Of a stretch of DNA of 64,000 nt, positions 26,603 to 37,399 are shown piece after piece. How positions within the stretch are numbered: the first letter of the stretch is position 1; each line of letters starts with the position of its first letter. The position numbers were made by a program, and so were the translations under genes. Under the pieces are notes generated by a model, which was not told the origin of the DNA, searched no databases, and saw nothing but the letters and a program-made list of their open reading frames with translations. Source of the DNA: Lytechinus pictus (Eukaryota); assembly GCF_037042905.1 (NCBI RefSeq), contig NC_087251.1, positions 36,954,001 through 37,018,000 on the forward strand, given 5' to 3'.

Positions 26603-29600
26603 ATGCCCCGTGCTCCTAAATGGAAACAGGACGACGTAGCTGCGGCGTTACGTAGAGTACGGTTCAGTGAGCTTTCGATAAGAAAGGCTTCACAGGAATA
26701 TAGAATTCCCTACGAAACCCTGCGTGACAAAGTATCAGGGAGAGCTCCGACATCGGTTTCGAGATTCGGTCCACGACCATTCCTCACAGAGAAGGAGGAG
26801 GAGGAGATAGTACGATGGACGATCAAGATGGGGAGAATCGGTTTTGGACAAACCAGGGGAGACATTCAGTCCGTAAGTATGCAGAAAAATTTTCTTCCTG
26901 ATGCTTCGTGAAAGGTCGAGTCCATCCTAGAAAAATGTTGATTGGTAACAATAAAGAACAATCAAACAAAAATATCGCTGAAAATATAATCGTTATCGGA
27001 TGTAAAATAAGGAGGTTATGATATTTGTAAGTTTCACTTATTTTTCACAAAACAGTTTTATGCACAACTCAGTGACATGCATGCAAATGAGAGAGTGGAT
27101 GATATCCATCACTCACTATTTTTTTATTGTTTGAATTATGTCAAATTACAGATTTGACAATTAGGACCAACTTGACTGAACCATAAAATGATAACAAAAT
27201 TGAATTAATTCTACATATTCTTGGATGAATAAAACTTTTTGTTTCACGTAAGAATGAGAAGAAAATGAAATTATTTCATATTTCATGCACATTACATAGT
27301 GAGTGACGTTATCAATCCCCTCATTTGCATACTGACTGGACCAGGATGTGCATTTAACTGTTTTGTGACTGAAATTAAAGAAAAAAAATAAAATGTTTTA
27401 TTTTACATCCAATTTTGATGAAATTTGACTTTTCTCCTATTATTTGAATAAACTTCGGGTTTGGGTGGACTTGTCTGTCATTAACAAAACCAATTTCATC
27501 ATGTAGCTAACGTGATAAATCGATAAGAATGTTGCAATTTTGGTAATGCTGCTTAAGGGCTACTACTTTTCTTACTGTTATTACAACAACAATAATAATG
27601 ATAGTAAAAATTGAAATAATATGAATGGTAATGATAATAATAATAAAAACAATGATACTAATAGTTATAATGGAAGATAATTTTTGACAATTATATTTGT
27701 TATATAGATTATAATGCTATTAACACAGCTAATAATACAATAAATTAAAATAAAGACATATAAAGTAATGAAGAATAATAATTGTATAACACTATAAATT
27801 ATTCATTAGCTCTTACATGTAACTGTTAAAAAAGAAAAGGAAATATTCCTCATAACACCATGATCTTTCAAGAAAATTGCAGAAAGGTATTTAATCCACT
27901 CAAATAAAGATGGAGAATAAAATGAAAGTCTTTGCTTTTCTTGTTATTCAGGTCGTGAAGAAAATGCTTGACAAAGATGGCAGGGCAAACCCCTTTGTAG
28001 AAAACAAGCCTGGGAAGCGTTGGTGGAGCAGTTTCCGTGCAAGGCACCCTCAATTAGTTTTCCGGAAGCCACAACCAATTGGAAAAGAGCGTACAGCAGT
28101 TACAAAGAATCGAATAGACAAGTATGTCTTCACAATTATATATATATTTCTGTTAAAATAGGTTAAATACAGACCGAGTATTCTTTTTTTAATAACATGT
28201 TGCCATTATATCCTTCTTTCCTTTTTCTTCTTCCTTTTATTTTTCTTGTTCCTATTATTTTCTTCTTATTCTTCTCCCTTTTTTCATTTTCTTCTTCTCC
28301 TGTTTCTTCTACTTCTTCTAGGAAACGAGTCACTTTCCATGATAATATTTTGCCCAAGATTTTCATCAAGATTTTCATGAATGGCATAATCCTAGTTGTT
28401 GTGTGTTTGGACAATCAATTTTTAAACAGCCATTTGGAAAAAGTAACCAGCTAAGTTTCATTCATTTTTGGTACAAAATTAAATGGATGACAATAATATA
28501 TGGAACAAATTACTGAAATAATATTTTGTGTGTGTGTGTTAATCAAAAGACAAAAATAAGGCTTCAAAATATTAAAATGTCTACACCCAACCCCCATCAT
28601 ACATGCAAGTCATTAATCAAATACATATGAGTGAAGGTGTTCCACATACCTTTGTGTTTCTCCCTCATTCACAGATGGTTCAAAGAATTGGAAGAATTCT
28701 TAGGAGAAAACAATGCAAGAAGCATTCTCGATGAGCCAAATCGACTCTTCAATGCCGACGAATCAGGATTCCCGCTTGGTGGGAGAGCATCTGATCGGGT
28801 ATTGTCATTAAAAGGCGAGAAAGTCATCCAACAATTTAAGAATGCTGAAAAGGGACAGGTAACTGTGCTTGTCACTGCATGCGCGAGTGGTAGCTTTTTG
28901 CCACCAATGATTGTTTTACCGGGGCGACACGGTGACGGTTCTGCATACCAAGGAGCGCCAAGGGGTGCTTTCTTTGCTAGGACCAAAAACGGCTGGATGG
29001 ATAGCAAAGCCTTTTATGGTTTCATTGCTAATCTTTTCCAGCCGTATTTGGTCCAGATGAAAGTACCCCTTCCAGTGCTCCTGCTCGTCGATGGCCTTTC
29101 GGCACATCAAACGCTGGAGGTAGCGAAGCATTGTGAGGCGAATCGGATTCTTTTGTACCGATTCCCTCTCAATGCTACGCACATCCTCCAGCCGTGCGAT
29201 GTGTCTGTGTTCAGATCATTAAAGGCATCGTGGAATCGAGCGGAGGAGCAGTTCCGTTACCAAAACCCCGGTGATTATGTCACAAGAGTGACGTTTTCGC
29301 GCGTGTTCGCCGGCGCGTGGAAGGAGCTTCTGGGGAAGCCAGAAATTGCATCTTCTGGTTTTCGGGCAGCAGGGATCTACCCGTTTACGAAATTGTTTCG
29401 TGAAGAGCTACTACGTCCAGCAGACTTGTACAGTTTCATAGATAAGAATCCTCAAGAAGGAGAGACACCATCATCTAGGAATAGTGCTTTTATTCCGGTA
29501 GACGATGACATGAGGTCATCTCAACCCGATGAACCTGATGATGATGCACCATCTTCGTCATCAGCTCATCGGGAACATGGAGTCAGCTGCATCGTGGATA

Positions 29601-30236
29601 CTTCCGAGTATCCATGGTGATGCTCCATGTGGAGACAGGCCTCTAAACGAGGCATTCATCTCGCCGTCGCTAGATGAATGCCTCGTTTATCCCGAGATTG
29701 AAGTCTCAAATCAAAGGAGAAGGAAAAGGCAACTGCCTGAGGCAATAAGTGGAGAGGCGTTTATAAGATTCGCCGAGGAACGAGCGAGAGAGAAAAGAGC
29801 GGAGGAGGAGAGGAAAAAACAGAGAAGAGAGGAACGGGAACAGAATAGAGTGGAAAAAGAGAGAAGGAAGGAAGTTGAAAAGGAGAAGAGGCGAAAACGA
29901 CAACAAGAACTTGAGCAGAGGAAACTAGAACGGGAGAGGAGAGTAAGAGAGAAGTTACAGCGGATGAAAGAAGTGATTGAGAGGAAAGCGAGAGAGAAGA
30001 AAGAAAGAGAGGCAGAGAGAGAGAAAAAAAAGGGCGGTAAGAGGAGAGAGAAGAGTGTGAGGGTGGATGATGATGACGATGATGTGTATGTATGCCCTGA
30101 ATGTTTGATGATGAATGATGATGAGTGGATTGGATGTGATTACTGTATGGCGTGGGTACATCACAAGTGCTCTGCTCTTTGTGATGTACCAATTGTAGAT
30201 GTAAATAAGTATATGTTTAAGTGTAATTTCTGTTAA
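26603..30236 (+). CDS. pogo/Fot-like DD35D transposase (HTH-psq, CENP-B-type HTH, DDE_1, coiled coil, C-terminal PHD-like finger); spliced, with one apparent frameshift near 29530-29620
   Basis: Exons 26603-26872 (GTAAGT donor, phase 0), 27952-28121 (GTATGT donor, phase 2) and 28675 onward join in frame. N-terminus KWKQDDVAAALRRVR..LSIRKASQEYRIPYETLRDKV is psq-like; PGKRWWSSFRARHP is CENP-B-type HTH. Catalytic motifs are FNADESG, LLVDG and QPCD, with 35 residues between the last two Asp. The frame stops at 29620. The overlapping frame 29529-30236 supplies a K/R/E coiled coil and CPEC..WIGCDYC..WVHHKC..CNFC. Confidence 0.9.
26909..27484. mobile_element. Kolobok-like MITE in the first coding intron of the transposase
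   Basis: Termini AAAGGTCGAGTCCATCC...GGGTGGACTTGTC. Internal similarity to the copy at about 2565-2902. Confidence 0.65.
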
Positions 30237-31642
30237 AATTTAATAGGTATAAGTTATGTTATGTCAAAAAGTGCAATTTCTCTTACATGAGCAAGTCTGA
30301 TGGTGACTATACTCTGAATATATAATATAACCTCTGCAATCTAATGTAGTGTAAAATGTAAACTATTCTATAGCTCTATCTCTACACCATTCTCTAATCT
30401 AGACTCCAATCTCTATATCTGCAATCTATTCTGTAACCATGCAATCTATATTATGAATTGGTTTCAGAAGTTCTCTAACCCCTTTAATAATTGTTCTGGT
30501 CAAGACTTTACAGCCAAACAGGTTTTTGACAACCTTGAATGCTTGACCAAAATATAATTATTCTGAATTGGAGGGAGTTGACCTTTTAGGGAGAAGATGA
30601 AATATAGTGAATAAGAAACCGATTTATGTGCGTGCGTCAAAAGTTTAGCTGGAAGAAGAATGAGTAATACTTTCTTAAGAAAGATGGAATTGATAGACAT
30701 ATAGTTTCCTGTTATACTTCTTGTAAAAGATTTGATTAAGTATTGATTATGTATTGATATGTTATTAAATATGTATTGATTTGTTTTTTAATATATTGAA
30801 TATGTGAGATATCATCACATAACAATATATTCATCCGTCATGAACTTGTTTCTGCTATAACTGGAAGATTCCTGCTGCTCGGTTGGCATAGCGCAGTTAC
30901 CTGTCCCCTTTCTCTTTTGTTTTTTTTCCCCCGAAATGTATTAAAGGGGAGTATCTGCTTTAACATGTTGGTCTTTCTAGCAAGAATAAATTATTAAAAG
31001 GCTTCTACATCAATGCCAATATTTGTTAACATTTACATTTTATGTATAACTGTTAAATGTGATTATTTTCAAAAAGAAAAAAAAGGCTTCTACCGTGATG
31101 TATATTATTTTGCTTGTCGTTTGAATTCTTTTAAGTTTATGACGTTTGTTGATAGAGAGTGACATGAAAGTAAACTATTTTTGGGAGCATGAGGAGGAAA
31201 ATACGTAAATAGGCCTATATAATGAAGACTATATGACACTTATAATAAAAACCAAATCAAATAAAGAGCAAAAGAGGTGAAATATTTAATGAAGGGGGAT
31301 GTAGGAGGTGGAGGAGGAGAAAAAAATAGCGAAAAACAAGAAGAAAAACGTGGTATACCAATGGCAAAGAGAATTGGCATTAAAAGGAAGAATGATAATT
31401 AATGAGACAAAATGGTATGGTGTAATAAAAAAAAATGAAATGTCATTTTTTTTTTTTTTTATGAAAATGGTTTTTATTGTACCTCAAGTATATCAACATA
31501 CAAATCATTTCACATCTGCTCCTGAAAGAATTTTTTTTGGCAATCATGAACCACTGATTAAAAAATTGAGAAGAAGGACTCTAGGAGCCTATCTATATAA
31601 TATATTTTGGTGGATAAAATACGTGGCAGCTGCTAGTATACG

Positions 31643-31792
31643 ACCTCTGTCAATTTAACCTCTGCCTTTTTTACCTCTGCCATTTTTTTTACCTCTGCCA
31701 TCTTTACCTCTGCCATATTTACCTTCGCCATTATTACCTCTGCCATTTTTACCTCTGCCATATAATCATATTACCGTACCTTTGCCATTTTT
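31643..31792 (-). repeat. Right arm 15-bp tandem array, inverted relative to the left arm
   Basis: Repeated ACCTCTGCCATTTTT-type units. Confidence 0.95.
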
Positions 31793-32844
31793 ACCCGGCA
31801 CTGACAAAAACTGCACAAATAAAATGAATCAGGTTAAAGATAAATACCTCCTTAATAATATTGCTCAATGCTGAATCTAACATGATGATGGTCGGTCAGC
31901 ACGGGCTCAAATGTAAAGTTCAGGGTCAGCTGCTCACGACTCGACTAGTATTACTATTAGTAACGTTAGAGTCAGGGATCCGCGGCCGAATTAGAAGCGG
32001 GATTTTGGAAGGAATTGCTCTGGAGCATGCACGGGGATCCAGCGGCCCAGACCTGTTGCGTTGAGAGCCCGAGTGGCATGTCTATCCGCTCAAATTTCCG
32101 AGGTCGTGGAGTGGCAGGCTATACTGGTTCGCCTGCTATTGGTAAAATCAGACCAACTTGGAATATACAAGAGTACCGGTAATGCTGTGTAGGTCTACTG
32201 ATACGTTTTTAAACATCAAATCTAGCCCAAATTTCTACAAAATTAACAGAAAAGTTCATCAATTCGAAATTCCCGCTGCGAGTACGAGGCCCCATTTTTT
32301 CCCCTTGTGAACGAAGGTATCCGACATCTAGCCATCAACGAGAAAAGAAAAATTACCTGTTTAAATCATTAATGTTCCTGTTATTATAGTTCCCACTGTC
32401 ACAAATGATTTAAAACAAAATTGATATCTGGAGTCCAATGCAGCTTCCAAAATAGGCTTGCACTATAAATTAATGAAATCTTGTCTTTTCTTAAGTCGGC
32501 ATATGCAGATATAAGTTAGTTAGAGATATAGACAGATTTCTGGTAGATGCTGATAAAACAAATAGTCTATTTGAAATTAAAGGAAAAACGATAGAATTAA
32601 GACAGTCAAAATATAAGAAAACTTTTTTTTTAAAATCATTATTAAAATACTGATTCACTTCACTCTCCTTATAATTGCCATCACCTTCATTACCATTAGC
32701 ATAAATAAGGAGATTCAGATTTTTCATTCATCATGACACAGAATAACTGGATTGGATATGGTGAAATTTAATTTGCTGCCCATGAATACGAGTGTCATTG
32801 GTAAAGAAATCCAGAGCTCCCCATTATCACAGTCATCAGGTGTC

Positions 32845-34030
32845 TTCATCATAATCATCATCATACATCCTTCATTATCATCATCATTATAACCTCCATT
32901 ATCATCACCAACAACATAACCTCCACCATCGTAAACATAACCTACATTACATCCTTCATCATCATGAAAACCTCATTTATCCTCATCACCATAACCTCCA
33001 TCATCATCACCAACACCTTCATTACTTACATCCTTTATTATCATTATCATCATCATTATAACCTCTGTTATTATCATCATCAACACCATCAACATAACCT
33101 TGCTTCATTACATCATTCATTATCATCGTTATAACCTCCATTATCATCAACACCATCAACATAACCTTGCTTCGTTACATCCTTCATTATCATCATCATT
33201 ATAACCTCCATTATCATCATCACAACCACCATCATCAACACCATCAACATAACCTTGCATCATTACATTCTTCACTATCATTATAACCTCCATTGTCATT
33301 CATCATCATCATGTACTTCATTACATCATCATTATAACCTCCATTACCATCACAACCTCCATCAACATAACCTTGCTTCATTACATCCTTCATTATCATC
33401 ATCATCATTATAACCTCCATTATCATTCATCATCATCATATTATACAAATAATGCATGCAGCCGAGTGCGTTAGTGGAAATGCAGAGCACGCAAGGTTTC
33501 TTTAGATAGGTGCCGCACTGTGCACGAGCCGCTTGTGGCGAGTGCCCAGTGTGCTCCATCTGAAGAAACCGAGCTTTCTCTGCATTTACTTTTACGCACG
33601 ACAGAGCAAGTGCATTATTTGTTTTATAAAATAGCAACACAGAAATTTTTTTTTTTAAAGTTACAGTACAGTTTTGTTGGACTTCTACCGCACTGGTTTG
33701 CTTGAGCGTGCAATGTCAATTTTCTTTGCGCACCTTTTGCACTGCCGTGCAGTGCACAAAAAAAGTTGGATGTCATGTGACGCGTATTGGCCAATCGCGA
33801 TGCTTGAAATAATACACATATTTTATAAACTTCATTACATCATCATCATTATAACCTCCATTACCATCACAACCTCCATCATCAACATAACCTTGCTTCA
33901 TTATAACCTCCATTATCATCATCACAATCACATCCTGCATTATCATCATCATTATAACCTCCATTATCATCATCATCATATACTTCATTACATCATCATC
34001 ATTATAACCTCAATTATCACCATCATCATC
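32845..34030 (+). repeat. Degenerate (CAT)n-rich minisatellite
   Basis: Recurring ATTATAACCTCCATTATCATC and CAACATAACCTTGC units. Confidence 0.95.
33441..33828. mobile_element. Palindromic non-autonomous element (Crypton-like) inserted in a (CAT)n satellite
   Basis: Imperfect palindrome centred on GAGCCGCTTGTGGCGAG. TTATA at both ends. The satellite resumes on both sides. Confidence 0.6.
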
Positions 34031-35689
34031 TCATTCTGGTTATAAATTCTTTTAGAAATCTTATTAAAATTCACGTTGCAGCCAGTTGGCTACATGGATA
34101 AAAAAAAAACTAACCAAAAATGGGTCAAAATTTTTCAGTGAATCAGAATTTTTGGTCACAGAAGACGTGTAATGGGCATAAATTTATTTACCGGTACTCA
34201 GCCATATGATTTAAGACTATTTCAGACAGCATGAATAACAAACTTTGCTCTTTGCCATTCAAATGCAAGTTAGACTTTCATAGTGATATCAAATCGATTC
34301 ATAAAATTTTCTCCTGATTTCCAACAATTCTAATGGCTATACTAATTCTGTATTATCTTCACTCACCCTTATTTTTTACATTCCGTTCATATAATTCAAA
34401 ATTGGTCTTCCATATTCTCGATTGTAAGTTGGTATACTGAAATATTGTACATATAAACTGTATTTATATGGCTATGATTTTTTACATTTTGTGAATTTAT
34501 GAATGAAGTTGCAATCAATTAAACGATATATATATATCTTTCATGATATTGAGTCATAAATATTTTGGATATGAATGATCTGATGAGAAATTTCTAGACA
34601 TGTCATAAAGCCTATTACATCTACAATCTTTTGCTACTTGTATAAATAATACATGCTTGACAAAGAAAATATATTATATCATAATATATTTGACACTATA
34701 TGGATACACATAATGCACATTTACAAAATAAAATACATTTATACATATATATCTGCAAGTAACATAAAATCTATACGACACCAAACACTAAGAAACTTGC
34801 TTTTTAACAATATCAATACTATATTTTTTACACTAACATTTTTAAAAGGATTTTTAAAAGAGACAACTTATTTTTAAATGATTAAATATGAAATTCATCA
34901 ATATCAGGTAATAAAAACATTAAATCCAAAAAGAATATGAATGTAAAAAATATATATAAAATACATGTCATAATCCAATATCACTTGGAGTATATGAAAT
35001 AATCAATTGCTGGTCTAATGAATGTTACAATTTCAAAAGTACAGTAGAGCCAACTCTTACATGTTTGTAGTTATCACAGTCAGTATCCAAATTGTACTAA
35101 AAGCCTTCACTCATCCAAAACTGCAATTAGAGAACGCTCACACTACACAAGCAAATGTGATTGGATTTGAAAAGAAATTGCATGAGCACTTGATACATGA
35201 ACATTCCAACCTATAAAATCTGAATGAACAAAGTTCTGAATAGTGATATAGATGACAAAATAAAAATTCCAGTGTGTTACAACTTACAAGCCTCCCCATA
35301 GGAATAAAAAACAAATTCACTTCCAAACAGGGGAATGGTTATTACATCATCATCAGCTGCAACTTGAAGTCAATTTGGGCTTTACTCCGACCGAAGTACT
35401 GGAGCAAAGCAGAATTCTGATTTTAGTATTCCTAGCAAAGCTAGTATGGCAAACTTCAAATATATCTTTACTTTTTGGAACTTTCATATTTAATGCACAA
35501 TGCGATTTGTTAAAAATTGTGTTGTAGGCGGATCGTGTAAGTGTGCGAAGAATCTGTGCGCAATAAGGTTGATTTCTGCAAATATCTTCTGTGCCATGGG
35601 TGAGAAATCAAAACCTCCTTATTAACTCCCAAGAATTGCTTAACGAATTAATCTGTTATAATGATAGTAATAATGACAATGATATCTGT

Positions 35690-35945
35690 ATTTATAGCAC
35701 TCTTTTCTGGGATACAGAGCAAAACTATTATTACCCTGGTTTTAGCGAGCTACCACTTTATCAGTAGAGCTCAATGTATTCAAGGAATAAATCCTACCGG
35801 GTACCCATTACCTCATCTGGGTTGAGTGGAACACACAGCAAATAAATTTCTTGCTGAACGAAATTACACCATGACTGGGATTTGAACCCACGATCCTCTG
35901 TTTGAAAGTCCAAAGACTAATCCAAATGGCCACAGGACTCCACTG
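35690..35945 (-). mobile_element. tRNA-derived SINE
   Basis: B box GGTTCAAATCC on the minus strand. Same core as 4300-4480. Confidence 0.75.
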
Positions 35946-36863
35946 TATGAAGCTACCCGAACTTCTTCTGCATCTTGTACTCCAAGAAAGCAATGAACCA
36001 ATTTTCATATTTTCACTCAATTTTATAGCAAAAAGCTGAAGCTTACTACCACCAAACTATTTCTTATAAAGTTGGGTCTGTTTTCCTTTATATCTTAATA
36101 AAGCTCAAGTTTGTTTTTGTCCCAGTGAATTATTAATGCATGCTTAATGAAGGATAAAAAGTGAAAAAGGGACTATATACATTTTGTAAATTATTTTAAA
36201 AGGATGCAAGAAAAGGAAAGAGAATTGTAGTACACAATATATATATATAGTAACAATAAATATTATAGAGGTCTAAAACTTTCATGATACATACTTTTTC
36301 ATGATACTAGTATGAGAAAAAATGTAATTGTGGTTAGAATGAACAATCCACAACTACCAAAATGCTTCACGGCCAACGACACATACAATGATTTATATCA
36401 ACCTAATGTACATTTTCTTACATTGGCACACATAAGATGGGTATTGTTAAATTCAAGATTATACATTGTACATGTATTACATATCGTCAAATACGACAAG
36501 TCAATGACCACACTTACTTAATCTTTAATCCTGTCATAAAGTGTCAAGTTTTGAAGCATTGCACTGTCAATAACACAGAAGTATGTCCACGAACATTGCT
36601 CAAACTTTACAGATGCTGTATGCCAAGCTAAACACAGAGAGCTAGAGTATGTGTTGCGACATTCCTGATATCATATAACTACGCTCAGTACATTGAGATA
36701 TTGACATAGGAAATCATCAATTGCCAGCAAACACTTATCAAGACTACATCAATGGGAAGTACTGTCAAACCTGTCTATAAGGCCATCCAAGAGACACAGA
36801 AAAAGTGGTCACTGAAGACGGGTTCTATATCAAACTTCTGAAGGTTTCCACGGCGAAGAAGTA

Positions 36864-37113
36864 TAGTGTGGTAGGTTTCACGGTACACCATGTATCTTTT
36901 TTTGGAAAGTGTTGGTCCTGAAAAGGACCACCCAAACTCGACGTTTCGACAAGTGAATTCTTGACATCTTCAGGACAACAAGAACCTTCCTGAACAACTT
37001 CTTCTGAAGACAACAGGAACACAGTTGTCGAGACATCGAGTTTGGGTAGTCCTTTTCAGGACCAAAACTTGCCCTAGAAAGATACATGGTGTACCGTGAA
37101 ACCTACTACACTA
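36864..37113. mobile_element. Hairpin MITE with 33-bp near-perfect inverted repeats
   Basis: TAGTGTGGTAGGTTTCACGGTACACCATGTATC / GATACATGGTGTACCGTGAAACCTACTACACTA. Confidence 0.8.
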
Positions 37114-37399
37114 GGTTTTATATTAACACATATTCTTTTTAAATGGGAGACAATTTTAGTAGCCACTAAAAACAGGTTTTCTCGTAGCTGAGTTAATTTT
37201 TCTTTTCCCCAAAACTATAACATCACAGATCATGGTGGCATTGCTAGTGGGAGGATCTCCATGATAGAAGTAGCGTTCTGGACATTTTAATGCTCGTAGC
37301 TATATTAGTATTATATTTAATATTTCTGCAGCTTTCATTGATCTGTTCAACTGGTTTCAGAGGTTTCACCCTCGTTTAGAATATCCTAGGACAACAGAC

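Larger units (their letters stand above)
24251..31801. mobile_element. Foldback-type composite DNA transposon with 15-bp-repeat inverted arms and an 8-bp flanking direct repeat
   Basis: Left arm 24263-24480 is about 14.5 copies of AAAAATGGCA(A/G)AGGT. Right arm 31643-31792 is about 9 copies of the reverse complement ACCTCTGCCATTTTT. TGACAAAA occurs at 24243-24250 and 31802-31809; an alternative reading is a 9-bp TGACAAAAC/TGACAAAAA with one mismatch. A transposase gene lies inside. Confidence 0.85.

Noticed and set aside
28669..30192. Minus-strand ORFs overlapping the transposase
   Set aside because: Antisense shadows of the coding strand and its purine-rich coiled-coil region.
33244..34045. 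Met/Asp/His-rich ORFs
   Set aside because: Artefacts of the (CAT)n minisatellite.
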